Counted from the stretch's first letter, positions 53,572-62,188 are shown. The stretch is DNA of 64,000 bases from Bacteroidales bacterium (GCA_018434395.1 JAHDPK010000025.1:8374-72373); one strand, 5' to 3'. Numbers and translations: made by a program. The notes: generated by a model from the sequence alone, not told the origin.

Positions 53572-55868
53572 AAGGAGATTTAAAAAAAATTACAATTAAA
53601 GATTTGCTGAGAGATGGCAAAATATCTGTTCGCACAAGTAATTGTTGCTTTAATGCAGCCTTTGAATCTCTTTTTGATATATTAAAATATTATGAAAGTA
53701 GACATTCTTTTTTTAACATTAGAAATGCTGGAAGAAAAACTTGTTCTGAATTAGAAAATTTATGTAAAGAATATATTCCGCAAATTGAAATATCCGTTGA
53801 TACAGATGGCTTTTCTGAGAATGAAAATGAGGCTGAGAATGAAAATGTAAGACAAGCCGAAGTAGAAATTTTAATTAAGGAGGATGTTATTGGAGCAATT
53901 AATAATAAACTAATAGATGACAAAGATATTCTTTCTTATTTGGGAGTAAGGCAAAAGGAAATTCTTGAGAAAAAATTTGAAGATTGTATTAAAAAATATT
54001 CCATTCGCACAAAAAATCGACTAACTTCCGTTGGCTTTGATAATTTTGTGATTAATTATTTATTTGTCGAAAACCAGGCTCTATTAAAGATTAATGGTTT
54101 AGGAAAAAAGAGTTTAGAAGAGGCTATAGATTTGAAAAATAAAATAAAAGAGGAATGCCTATATTTAATTAATTTACCCGAAGAAGATATAGCAAGATTA
54201 AATTTGGTTCGCAAAAAAGTAGATATCATTCTAAATAGCTTTGTTGATGAATTTTATAAGATAAATAATTATTTGCCAATGTTTTGGATTTTGGAACAAA
54301 ATCTCGTTACAAGCAAAAATCGCAATATTGACATTCTGATAGACACATTCCCTGTTTTTCAAAATTACCAATCCAGAACATTTAAAGATATTGCAGCAAA
54401 ATATGATATAACAAGAAAAAGAATTAGGCAAATACGTAACTACACATTTCACAATACATTTGAAATAACCAATGAAGTAATTGATTATAAGAAAAATAGT
54501 GATTTAATCAAATACGCCGAATTGTTACAAAATAAAGATGATTGGAAATATATTTTAGAATTTTTGCAGGGTAAAGAGGTTATAAACCAAGAATCATTTG
54601 AGATTCAAGAATTATTGAAAAAAGAACAATGCAATCTATCGGCTCTGTTTGTATTGCAAATCATTGCATATATATTCAGGGATAAATACTTTCTTTTGGG
54701 CGGATTGAGCATATCAAATCAAAGTAAAAATAACACATTTCTCATCCGTAAAGAATTCGCAGACATTTTCAATTTTGAAAAATTTATTGAAGAATTTGCG
54801 AGCCATATTGCTGAAAATGAAACAGAATATGATTTAAATGTTGACGAGTTTTTATCTAATAGTACGTGTTGGGTTCATGGGATTGATCTATATAAATTTG
54901 ATAATATAGTTCACATTGTGAAAGAGATTATATTAAATGAATTTCACTTATATTCTAATCTTGACGGTTTAATTACGATTCCTTCAACGAAAGGAAGAAA
55001 CCCGCGTGATGTGGTTTATGATATACTAAAAGTAAAAGGCGAACCAATGCACCTCCATGATATTTTTGTTGAGTTTAAGAAAATTATGCCAGAACATAAA
55101 TACACACAAGAAGATAATCCAGATAGATTACGCCCCTATTTACAAAAGCACGAATCCATATCATACAGAAACAGAAGGAGTATTTACACACTAAAAGAGT
55201 GGAAACACATACGGACAGGAACAATACGTGATGCTATCATAAATTTTTTGGAAGATAAAGATTTACCACAATCAGTAGATGATATTACAGAGTATGTTTT
55301 ACTGCATTTCCCAGAAACAAACATTGCAAGTGTGCGAACAAGTATGTTTAATGATACACAAAAACGATTTTCGTTTTTTGGTGATGGCCTGTTTGGATTA
55401 GTAAGCAAAGAATATCCTGCCGAATACAAAGAAATAAAACAGCAGGAAGGACAAAGAAAATCGTTTGAACAACGACTTTATGATTTAGAAAAGTTTCTTT
55501 CCGAAAACGACCATTACCCTTTTTCTTCTTCCGATAACGAAGAAGAAAACTCTTTGTATCGTTGGTGGCGAATAATAAATAGAGACCCAAAATTGTCCGA
55601 ACTCCAAAAGGCAGAAATAGAAAGAATAAAAAATCAATATGCAGATTTCGATACAGAAAAAAAAGTTTACGAATGGTTTTGTCATTTCAATGATTTTAAA
55701 CTTTTTGTGCTTGAAAATCACCGTTTACCTTCATCAAACGGTCCAGAAAAATTTTTGTATGGTTGGTTCCGTAGAGCAAAAGACGATTTTTTAAACGATC
55801 GTTTAAATGAGAAACAAAGGACAAAATATGCAGAATTTTTTAAAGAGATAAAGTATGTTGAAAGATAA
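53565..55868 (+). CDS. 767-aa multi-DNA-binding-domain protein (2x RpoA-alphaCTD-like HhH, sigma70-r4-like HTH, 2x HARE-HTH-like, 2x helicase-associated (HA)-like repeats)
   Basis: aa 9-68 and 128-190 match the alphaCTD pattern (SVRTSNC..NA...N.G.K..SE.). aa 272-293 is DIAAKYDITRKRIRQIRN. aa 481-616 holds two wHTH-like units. aa 634-762 holds W/F-rich repeats. No catalytic motif was seen. Confidence 0.55.
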   Translation: MLKGDLKKITIKDLLRDGKISVRTSNCCFNAAFESLFDILKYYESRHSFFNIRNAGRKTCSELENLCKEYIPQIEISVDTDGFSENENEAENENVRQAEVEILIKEDVIGAINNKLIDDKDILSYLGVRQKEILEKKFEDCIKKYSIRTKNRLTSVGFDNFVINYLFVENQALLKINGLGKKSLEEAIDLKNKIKEECLYLINLPEEDIARLNLVRKKVDIILNSFVDEFYKINNYLPMFWILEQNLVTSKNRNIDILIDTFPVFQNYQSRTFKDIAAKYDITRKRIRQIRNYTFHNTFEITNEVIDYKKNSDLIKYAELLQNKDDWKYILEFLQGKEVINQESFEIQELLKKEQCNLSALFVLQIIAYIFRDKYFLLGGLSISNQSKNNTFLIRKEFADIFNFEKFIEEFASHIAENETEYDLNVDEFLSNSTCWVHGIDLYKFDNIVHIVKEIILNEFHLYSNLDGLITIPSTKGRNPRDVVYDILKVKGEPMHLHDIFVEFKKIMPEHKYTQEDNPDRLRPYLQKHESISYRNRRSIYTLKEWKHIRTGTIRDAIINFLEDKDLPQSVDDITEYVLLHFPETNIASVRTSMFNDTQKRFSFFGDGLFGLVSKEYPAEYKEIKQQEGQRKSFEQRLYDLEKFLSENDHYPFSSSDNEEENSLYRWWRIINRDPKLSELQKAEIERIKNQYADFDTEKKVYEWFCHFNDFKLFVLENHRLPSSNGPEKFLYGWFRRAKDDFLNDRLNEKQRTKYAEFFKEIKYVER

Positions 55869-58023
55869 AGATTTCAAATACAGATATTCAACAGGCAGAA
55901 AAGATTTGCCGATTGATTTTTTTGAGTTGGCATTGTCTAATAGCACTAAACTTGATATAGGGTTGGGTTATTTTAGTAGTGCTTCTTTTAATATCCTTTC
56001 TGTCGGCTTTGCTCGTTTTATCTGTAATGGAGGAAATATGCGTTTGTATATCAATCAATATCTTACCGAAGATGATTACAAACTACTACAGAACAATGAA
56101 ACTATTGATTTTGAAGAACGTATATTACAATCTTTTTTCTTACTAAAAACTACCTTATCGAAAAGGGACGAACATTTTTTCAAATGTTTGTCATATCTTA
56201 TTAGGAATAAAAGAATTGATATTAAAATAGTTATACCAAAGGATGGTGGTTTGGCACACGAAAAGTTTGGTATTTTTACAGATGATAACAACGATAAAGT
56301 GTCTTTTACCGGCTCAATGAATTTAACAGCTGCGGCATTGGTAAAAAACATTGAAACAATTGAATGTACTTGTTCATGGAAAGGTGAAGACAACACGGAA
56401 CGTATAGAAATAAGCGAACAAGATTTTGCGGAAATTTGGACAGGGGCAAACGACAATGTGTTAGTTTTTCCTGCAAAGAAATTCTGCCAAGAGATAGTAA
56501 AAACTTTTCCCAAAGTAGATTTGGACGAGTTGTTATTACAAGAGAAAGAAATAATTAAGAAACTCACAAACAAACAGATAGAAGAAATATCGACGGAAAA
56601 GAAACAAGTACAATTGCCTCATTTCCCTTACAAATATTCTGACGGTGCAAGACCGTATCAAATACAAGCGTACGAAGCGTGGGTTAAAAATGGTAAGCAG
56701 GGTATTTTTGCAATGGCAACAGGAACAGGAAAAACAATTACTTCTTTAAATTGCGCTTTGCAGGAGTACCATAAAGACAAATCGTATCAACTTTTGATTT
56801 TAGTTCCGACCATTGCTTTAGTTGAACAGTGGATTAATGAAATTGGCTTGTTTGACTTCAAAAATATTATCGAAATATATTCTGAAAATTCACAGTGGCG
56901 CAGACAAATTGTTTCACTAAAAAACAAAATTCAACAAGGCAGTAACGAAAATTTTGTCATTGTATCTACTTATCAATCATTTACAAACGATGATTTTCAA
57001 CAAATTTTACCGAAACTTCCCGATACAATGCTACTGATTGCAGATGAAGCACACAATATCGGCTCTGAAAATGTTAGAGCGGCTTTTAGAAAAATGAAAA
57101 TTAAAAAGCGCATTGCATTGTCGGCAACTCCGAACCGGATATACGACCAAGAAGGAACAGCCGAATTGGAAAGTTTTTTTAATGATAAACCGCCTTATGT
57201 TTATAGTTTTCCAATGAGCCAAGCAATAAAAGAAGGTCGTTTAATGGAGTACTGTTATTATCCAAAAATGGTTTATCTCAACGAGCCGGAAATGGATAAG
57301 TATGTGGAATATACTAAAAAATTAATGAATCTGTTTGATAGTGAAACAGGTAAGCTCAGAAACGAAGACGAAGCGACAAAAATTTTAATGTTGCGGAAAC
57401 AAGTATTGCATAAAGCAGAAGATAAAATGCGAGTATTGCGAGAAATTATTACAGAAATCGGACAGGACAAATTAAAATACTGTTTTGTTTATGTTCCCGA
57501 AGGCTATTCTGAAAACGAGGATGAAAGCATATTGCAAAGAATGCTATACACTATCAAAGAAGCATTTCCTAAAACAACTTGCAATACATATACTGGAAAT
57601 AACAACAAAAAAGAGCGTTCCGCTATTTTGAGTGGTTTTGAAAACGGCGACATAGCTGTTTTACTCGCAATGAAATGTTTAGACGAGGGCGTTGATGTTC
57701 CTAGAGCCCAATATGGTATTTTTGCGTCAAGCACAGGTAATCCTCGACAATTTATTCAACGTCGTGGTCGTTTACTACGTAAACACCCGGACAAAACATT
57801 TGCTTACATATATGATATGATTGTAGTACCTGATTTTCAATCACCACAATACTCGAATGATTTTTTCAGAATGGAAAGGTCATTGGTAAGAGGCGAACTA
57901 GCACGAGTGGCATATTTTGCTGATTTGGCATCTAACACTCATTCTGCGAAAGAGGTTTTGCAGGGTCTTGCAGACTATTATCAATTAAATTTATCAGAAC
58001 TAATTTTAAGTATAAATCAATAA
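55855..58023 (+). CDS. PLD-family (HKD) nuclease domain fused to an SF2 DEAH-box helicase (type III restriction Res-like)
   Basis: HKD motif AHEKFGIFTDD...FTGSMNLT (H135/K137 at 56257-56265). Helicase motif I AMATGTGKT (56716-56736), motif II DEAH (57043-57054), SATP, and motif VI QRRGRLLR. Confidence 0.85.
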   Translation: MLKDKDFKYRYSTGRKDLPIDFFELALSNSTKLDIGLGYFSSASFNILSVGFARFICNGGNMRLYINQYLTEDDYKLLQNNETIDFEERILQSFFLLKTTLSKRDEHFFKCLSYLIRNKRIDIKIVIPKDGGLAHEKFGIFTDDNNDKVSFTGSMNLTAAALVKNIETIECTCSWKGEDNTERIEISEQDFAEIWTGANDNVLVFPAKKFCQEIVKTFPKVDLDELLLQEKEIIKKLTNKQIEEISTEKKQVQLPHFPYKYSDGARPYQIQAYEAWVKNGKQGIFAMATGTGKTITSLNCALQEYHKDKSYQLLILVPTIALVEQWINEIGLFDFKNIIEIYSENSQWRRQIVSLKNKIQQGSNENFVIVSTYQSFTNDDFQQILPKLPDTMLLIADEAHNIGSENVRAAFRKMKIKKRIALSATPNRIYDQEGTAELESFFNDKPPYVYSFPMSQAIKEGRLMEYCYYPKMVYLNEPEMDKYVEYTKKLMNLFDSETGKLRNEDEATKILMLRKQVLHKAEDKMRVLREIITEIGQDKLKYCFVYVPEGYSENEDESILQRMLYTIKEAFPKTTCNTYTGNNNKKERSAILSGFENGDIAVLLAMKCLDEGVDVPRAQYGIFASSTGNPRQFIQRRGRLLRKHPDKTFAYIYDMIVVPDFQSPQYSNDFFRMERSLVRGELARVAYFADLASNTHSAKEVLQGLADYYQLNLSELILSINQ

Positions 58024-58034
58024 ATTTTCAAGAA

Positions 58035-58253
58035 ATGACAGCAGAAGATATTTTCAACGAGGTGATGAAATCGCCAGAATTAACAGACATTTTCAACATT
58101 CCACAAGAAGTTCTGAATAATATGGATTACAATGCGAGTTCGGAATATCAGGTCATTGAAGTTATCAAAGCAATTATTCGTGGGGAAGAAAACCATATGG
58201 ATAGTAACGCAATTTTTAGAAGTATTCAAAATCAAATAATACACTTAGGGTAA
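58035..58253 (+). CDS. 72-aa acidic hypothetical protein
   Basis: ORF tightly packed between the helicase (11-nt gap) and the ATPase (3-nt gap). No recognisable motif. Confidence 0.4.
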   Translation: MTAEDIFNEVMKSPELTDIFNIPQEVLNNMDYNASSEYQVIEVIKAIIRGEENHMDSNAIFRSIQNQIIHLG

Positions 58254-58256
58254 AAT

Positions 58257-60428
58257 ATGGCGACAATAATTAAATCCATTAGTTTCCAAAACTTCTACAA
58301 CTATTACGGAAATTTTGAGCAAAACACCTACCGTTTTACGACAGGAATCAATATTGTTAATGCTGATAACAATATGGGAAAATCCAAATTCTACAACGGT
58401 ATTCTCTGGATTTTGAATAATGCTGTTTACGATTCAGACTTAAAAAGAATGATAAGCGACACCTCCAGTCCAAGATTAGATTCTAATTATTTTAAAAAAA
58501 TGGTCTCGGGAAAAGCAAAAGCCGAAGAAACGGAGTTTGATATGGGAGTAAAAATTGAATTTGAAGAAAATAACACTCAATATTCTGTGTCAAAAATTGT
58601 GCATTGTAAAAAAAATATTTCTGATTGGGATTTTATTGAAAGATTAGATGTTTCTGAAACCACCAATGGCAGAACAATTCCTATTTTTGATATTGAGGAT
58701 AAGAAAAATAGAATACAAAAAATCATTCCTGTTGAATTACGAAACTACGCGTTGCTGCAAGGTGAATCAATGGAAAAATTAGTTGATTTATCCTCTCGCG
58801 CTGGTCTTTCCTCAACCATTGAAACTTTGGCTGGAATTTCAAATCTCATTGATATTTATTTGACTTGTGGTGATTTGTCAAAGAAAGCAAAGAGACTTTT
58901 AAACGACAAAGAAACTGAAGTGAACCTCAATAATGATCGAATCAAAATTTTAATTGAGGAAAGAGAGCGACTTGAAAAGTTCAAAGAAAACAACCTGTAT
59001 CAAATTGATACATATAAGGAAGAATTATCAAAAGCCCAAGCAAGGAAAGATGAGTTGGAAGCATTGCAGCTTAACGCAGCTAAACGAGAAAAATTTAGAG
59101 AAATTCAACGGCATCTCCAAGTGGAAATCAACACTCTGAAAAACAATAAGAAAGAAGCGGAGAAAAACATTACTTCATTATTATTTGCTAACAATCCACC
59201 TTGGTTGCTGATGGGCTTCCAAAACTCTATAGAATTGTTTGGGCAGAAACGCGACAAACTGAATAAAGACCTTACTTTGCAAAGTGCAGCAAAAGACCCA
59301 ACGATTCTTTTACCTGAAGGCTCTCCCGATATCCCGTCATTAAAAAGAATGTTAGAAACTGAAAAATGTGAAGTTTGCGGACGTCCAGCTCCAAAAGGTT
59401 CTGAATTTTGGGAACATATCAAAATGGTTATGGAACGTCCTCGAAATGTCGAAAATACAAATTCTAACAATTTTACTACTTTTTACGGAGATATTCAGAA
59501 AACTGTCGGTTCATTTTTGTTGAATATCCCAGAAATACCACAAGAAATTGAAAAATATCGCGACAAAATCAATGACATTGACAATAAAATCAGAGAGAAA
59601 CAGGAAGATTACAACATTGCAAAACAGGAATTTATGAGTGCAGGCGGTAATGAAAACGAATCAGGTAATACAGATAAAAAAAATATTGATGATCATTCAT
59701 TAGCAGAACGCACAATAGAAGATAAAAAACGCTTAATTGAAATGGCTAACGACCAAATTAGGCAATGGAATATTCGATTGCAACAGATTGAAAAAGAATT
59801 GGATTCTATCAATCAAAGTTCAGAAATCACACAATATCGTAATTTCAAAGATATGATGTGTTATATTGAGTCAATGTTTTTAAACTCGAAAGAACGCATT
59901 TTTGATAGGATTTTGAACTCGTTAGAAATCAAAGCTAATCAAAAATATAGCGAACTTACAGCGGGCAATCAGGTTGCAGGTGGTCGCTTATGTTTCAAAA
60001 AACAAGAAGATAATACCGTTCAGGTTTCCATAAGGAACATAAATGACAACGAACTAACAGGACTTGGATCAGGGTTCCAGCGAATGAAACAACTGTCTAT
60101 CGTAATGGCAATTATTTCTTCGAGAATTGGCAATCAACACTTTGATTTTCCGTTTATATCAGATGCACCGTTTTCCGAGTTTGGCGACAACTTTATTTAC
60201 AACTTTTTCCGAATTTCCCCTCAGGTATTTACGCAAAGTATCATACTTATCAAAGATTTATATGACCCCAATACAGATAATTATTTGAATGAAAAGGGGA
60301 ACAAAATTTTAGAGAAGATGAGAAGCGGCGAGATTTGCGGCACTTTCTATGTAAATACTGTACTAGAAAGAGCTGATGCAACAAATTTAGTTACAAATAA
60401 TAAATGTTATTTTCCAGATAAATTCTAA
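58257..60428 (+). CDS. Rad50/SMC/DndD-like ATPase with central CxxC
   Basis: N-terminal ISFQNFYNY...NADNNMGKSKF (Walker A at 58362-58385) and long K/E-rich coiled-coil segments. CEVC lies at aa 371-374 of 723 (59367-59378). C-terminal signature-like GLGSGFQRMKQLS and Walker B-like FPFISDAPF. Confidence 0.75.
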   Translation: MATIIKSISFQNFYNYYGNFEQNTYRFTTGINIVNADNNMGKSKFYNGILWILNNAVYDSDLKRMISDTSSPRLDSNYFKKMVSGKAKAEETEFDMGVKIEFEENNTQYSVSKIVHCKKNISDWDFIERLDVSETTNGRTIPIFDIEDKKNRIQKIIPVELRNYALLQGESMEKLVDLSSRAGLSSTIETLAGISNLIDIYLTCGDLSKKAKRLLNDKETEVNLNNDRIKILIEERERLEKFKENNLYQIDTYKEELSKAQARKDELEALQLNAAKREKFREIQRHLQVEINTLKNNKKEAEKNITSLLFANNPPWLLMGFQNSIELFGQKRDKLNKDLTLQSAAKDPTILLPEGSPDIPSLKRMLETEKCEVCGRPAPKGSEFWEHIKMVMERPRNVENTNSNNFTTFYGDIQKTVGSFLLNIPEIPQEIEKYRDKINDIDNKIREKQEDYNIAKQEFMSAGGNENESGNTDKKNIDDHSLAERTIEDKKRLIEMANDQIRQWNIRLQQIEKELDSINQSSEITQYRNFKDMMCYIESMFLNSKERIFDRILNSLEIKANQKYSELTAGNQVAGGRLCFKKQEDNTVQVSIRNINDNELTGLGSGFQRMKQLSIVMAIISSRIGNQHFDFPFISDAPFSEFGDNFIYNFFRISPQVFTQSIILIKDLYDPNTDNYLNEKGNKILEKMRSGEICGTFYVNTVLERADATNLVTNNKCYFPDKF

Positions 60429-60432
60429 AACA

Positions 60433-60933
60433 ATGGACGGTTCAGTATTAAAAGATAAAATAGGCCAAAAAAGACCCGGGTATAGAGAACAATATCGTTC
60501 TTTGATTGAAAGTATTTCGGTTAAAGGAGACACAAGCGGAAAAGGGGATTTTTCTGCCTTTGGAGCTTTCTATCAAACCTATATGTATGCTTTTGTTATT
60601 GGTTACAAATTAGGAACACCAAAATTTATAAAAAAAGGTGAAAATACAATCAATTTTGCTTCTTTCGTAGATTGGAAGCCAACTTTAGTAAGGGATTTTA
60701 TTTTGATGCTGTTACTCAATGATACAGAAAAATATAGTGTTCCATATTCTTGGTTAGAATTGGAGAATGCTAACGAAGAAACGATTGAGAATTTTATTGC
60801 CGAATTGTTTCGACAAATGGAAGGTTATGCAAATGCGGGTTTTGAATATTTGCAAGACAAGTGGGATAATGAAAAGATTGAGTTTCAAGACCCATTTGTG
60901 TTTGTTAATTTTTTATTGGGCTTGAAAGAGTAA
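60433..60933 (+). CDS. 166-aa hypothetical protein, last intact gene of the dnd-linked operon
   Basis: 4-nt gap after the ATPase gene. No catalytic motif. It may belong to the database family named DNA phosphorothioation-associated protein 4, but I cannot verify this. Confidence 0.45.
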   Translation: MDGSVLKDKIGQKRPGYREQYRSLIESISVKGDTSGKGDFSAFGAFYQTYMYAFVIGYKLGTPKFIKKGENTINFASFVDWKPTLVRDFILMLLLNDTEKYSVPYSWLELENANEETIENFIAELFRQMEGYANAGFEYLQDKWDNEKIEFQDPFVFVNFLLGLKE

Positions 60934-60937
60934 ATTT

Positions 60938-61120
60938 ATGCCCGAAACTCAAAACATGAATCACAAATTCATTTTGGATAGTCAATTCTCCTTCAAAGGC
61001 AACGATTTCTGGGCAGTCTTCCACAGAGACATTTACAACAAAGAGGATATAAGCAAGTTAGGACTGAACGAAAGGCAAATTAAAGCCATTCTTTATGTGA
61101 AAGAAAACGGACGTATATGA
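60938..61120 (+). pseudogene. short remnant resembling the C-terminal HTH region of Fic/AlbA_2-type ATP-binding regulators
   Basis: …LGLNERQIKAILYVKENGRI* matches the common …LNERQ.KAL.YVKENGKITN.EY… element but stops inside the HTH. It lacks the usual ~400-aa N-terminal part. Confidence 0.35.
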
Positions 61121-61160
61121 TACTCCCCAGTTTTCAACCACCAGGAATGGTTTTTAAGTT

Positions 61161-61188
61161 GTAAGCATCTGAGAGTCTGTGCAAAAAC
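61161..61188. repeat. left terminal inverted repeat
   Basis: gtaagcatctgagagtctgtgcaaaaac. It matches the reverse complement of 62161-62188 at 26 of 28 positions (CT versus TC at positions 9-10). Confidence 0.85.
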
Positions 61189-62160
61189 TAATTACAATCT
61201 TTTTACAATTACACCTTTAAATGTTCTAAAATAACTTGCATTATCGATAGAAAAATTGTATATTTAGCTGTAATTTAATTTGTTAGATATGCAACATGTT
61301 ATTGGTGAAGATAGAAATCAGTTCCAAATTATGTGTTTAGAACAATTGGTTCCGGAAAATTCCTGGGCAAGAGTAATTGATCTATTTGTTGAATTACTTC
61401 CTCGACTACATTGACAAAAAAGTTGCAGAATATGAAGCTCAATTAGACGAGTCTGATGCAGAGGATAAGGCAGTTCTCAAGGAAAAGATTCAATTGAAAC
61501 TTAACAGATGCCAAAAATAAATTACTAGTTCATTCTCATATTAGAGGTACAACAGACAAACGAGAACTGGCTACTGTTGCACTCGAAGTACAAGAATTAC
61601 TGGGGAAAGAAACTTTTAATACTCTCAGTGATGCAGGTTACTCTACAGATGATCAGCTTAGTATTTGTAAGGATTCCAGTATTTGCACTTATTCGTCACC
61701 TATGCCAAGCACTTCACCTTATGATAATTGCCTGCCCATCCGGTGAAAGGATGACTTGTGGCTCCGGTAAAAAATGTCAAATGAGAGAAATGTGCACGCA
61801 GAATAAAGGAGGGAGAGTTATCGAAAGAAGTGAATTTCAGGATATAATTGATGAGAACAATAGGAGAGTTATTGACAACCCTGATTATTACAAACTTCGA
61901 AGAGCAATAATTGAACATCCTTTACCATAATGAGGGGCAAGAAAAATGTAATGAGTGAAGCCTATATCCTTATGATTATTTATAATCTTAAACGTTGTTT
62001 GTCAATAATGGGAGAAAAAGACTTTAGAGATAAGATTTGTTGCCAATTTAATTGTAATAATAATTCCCATTATTTGAAAATCAATTTTATGAGAGCCTAA
62101 TATCCTTATTATAAAAACTAGTATAAAAAACCAATCAGTAGGCACTTCGTTTAAAAAGTG

Positions 62161-62188
62161 GTTTTTGCACAGACTCTCGAATGCTTAC
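62161..62188. repeat. right terminal inverted repeat
   Basis: gtttttgcacagactctcgaatgcttac. Confidence 0.85.

Larger units (their letters stand above)
61161..62188. mobile_element. decayed, non-autonomous IS (IS1182/IS5-superfamily-like) with intact terminal inverted repeats
   Basis: 28-bp TIRs at both ends. Internal transposase fragments lie in different frames: MQHVIGEDRNQFQIMCLEQLVPENSWARVIDLFVELLP (61289-61414), …SDAGYSTDDQL…, …GGRVIERSEFQDIIDENNRRVIDNPDYYKLRRAIIEHP…, …YNLKRCLSIMG… At about 1.0 kb it is too short for a full element. Confidence 0.75.
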
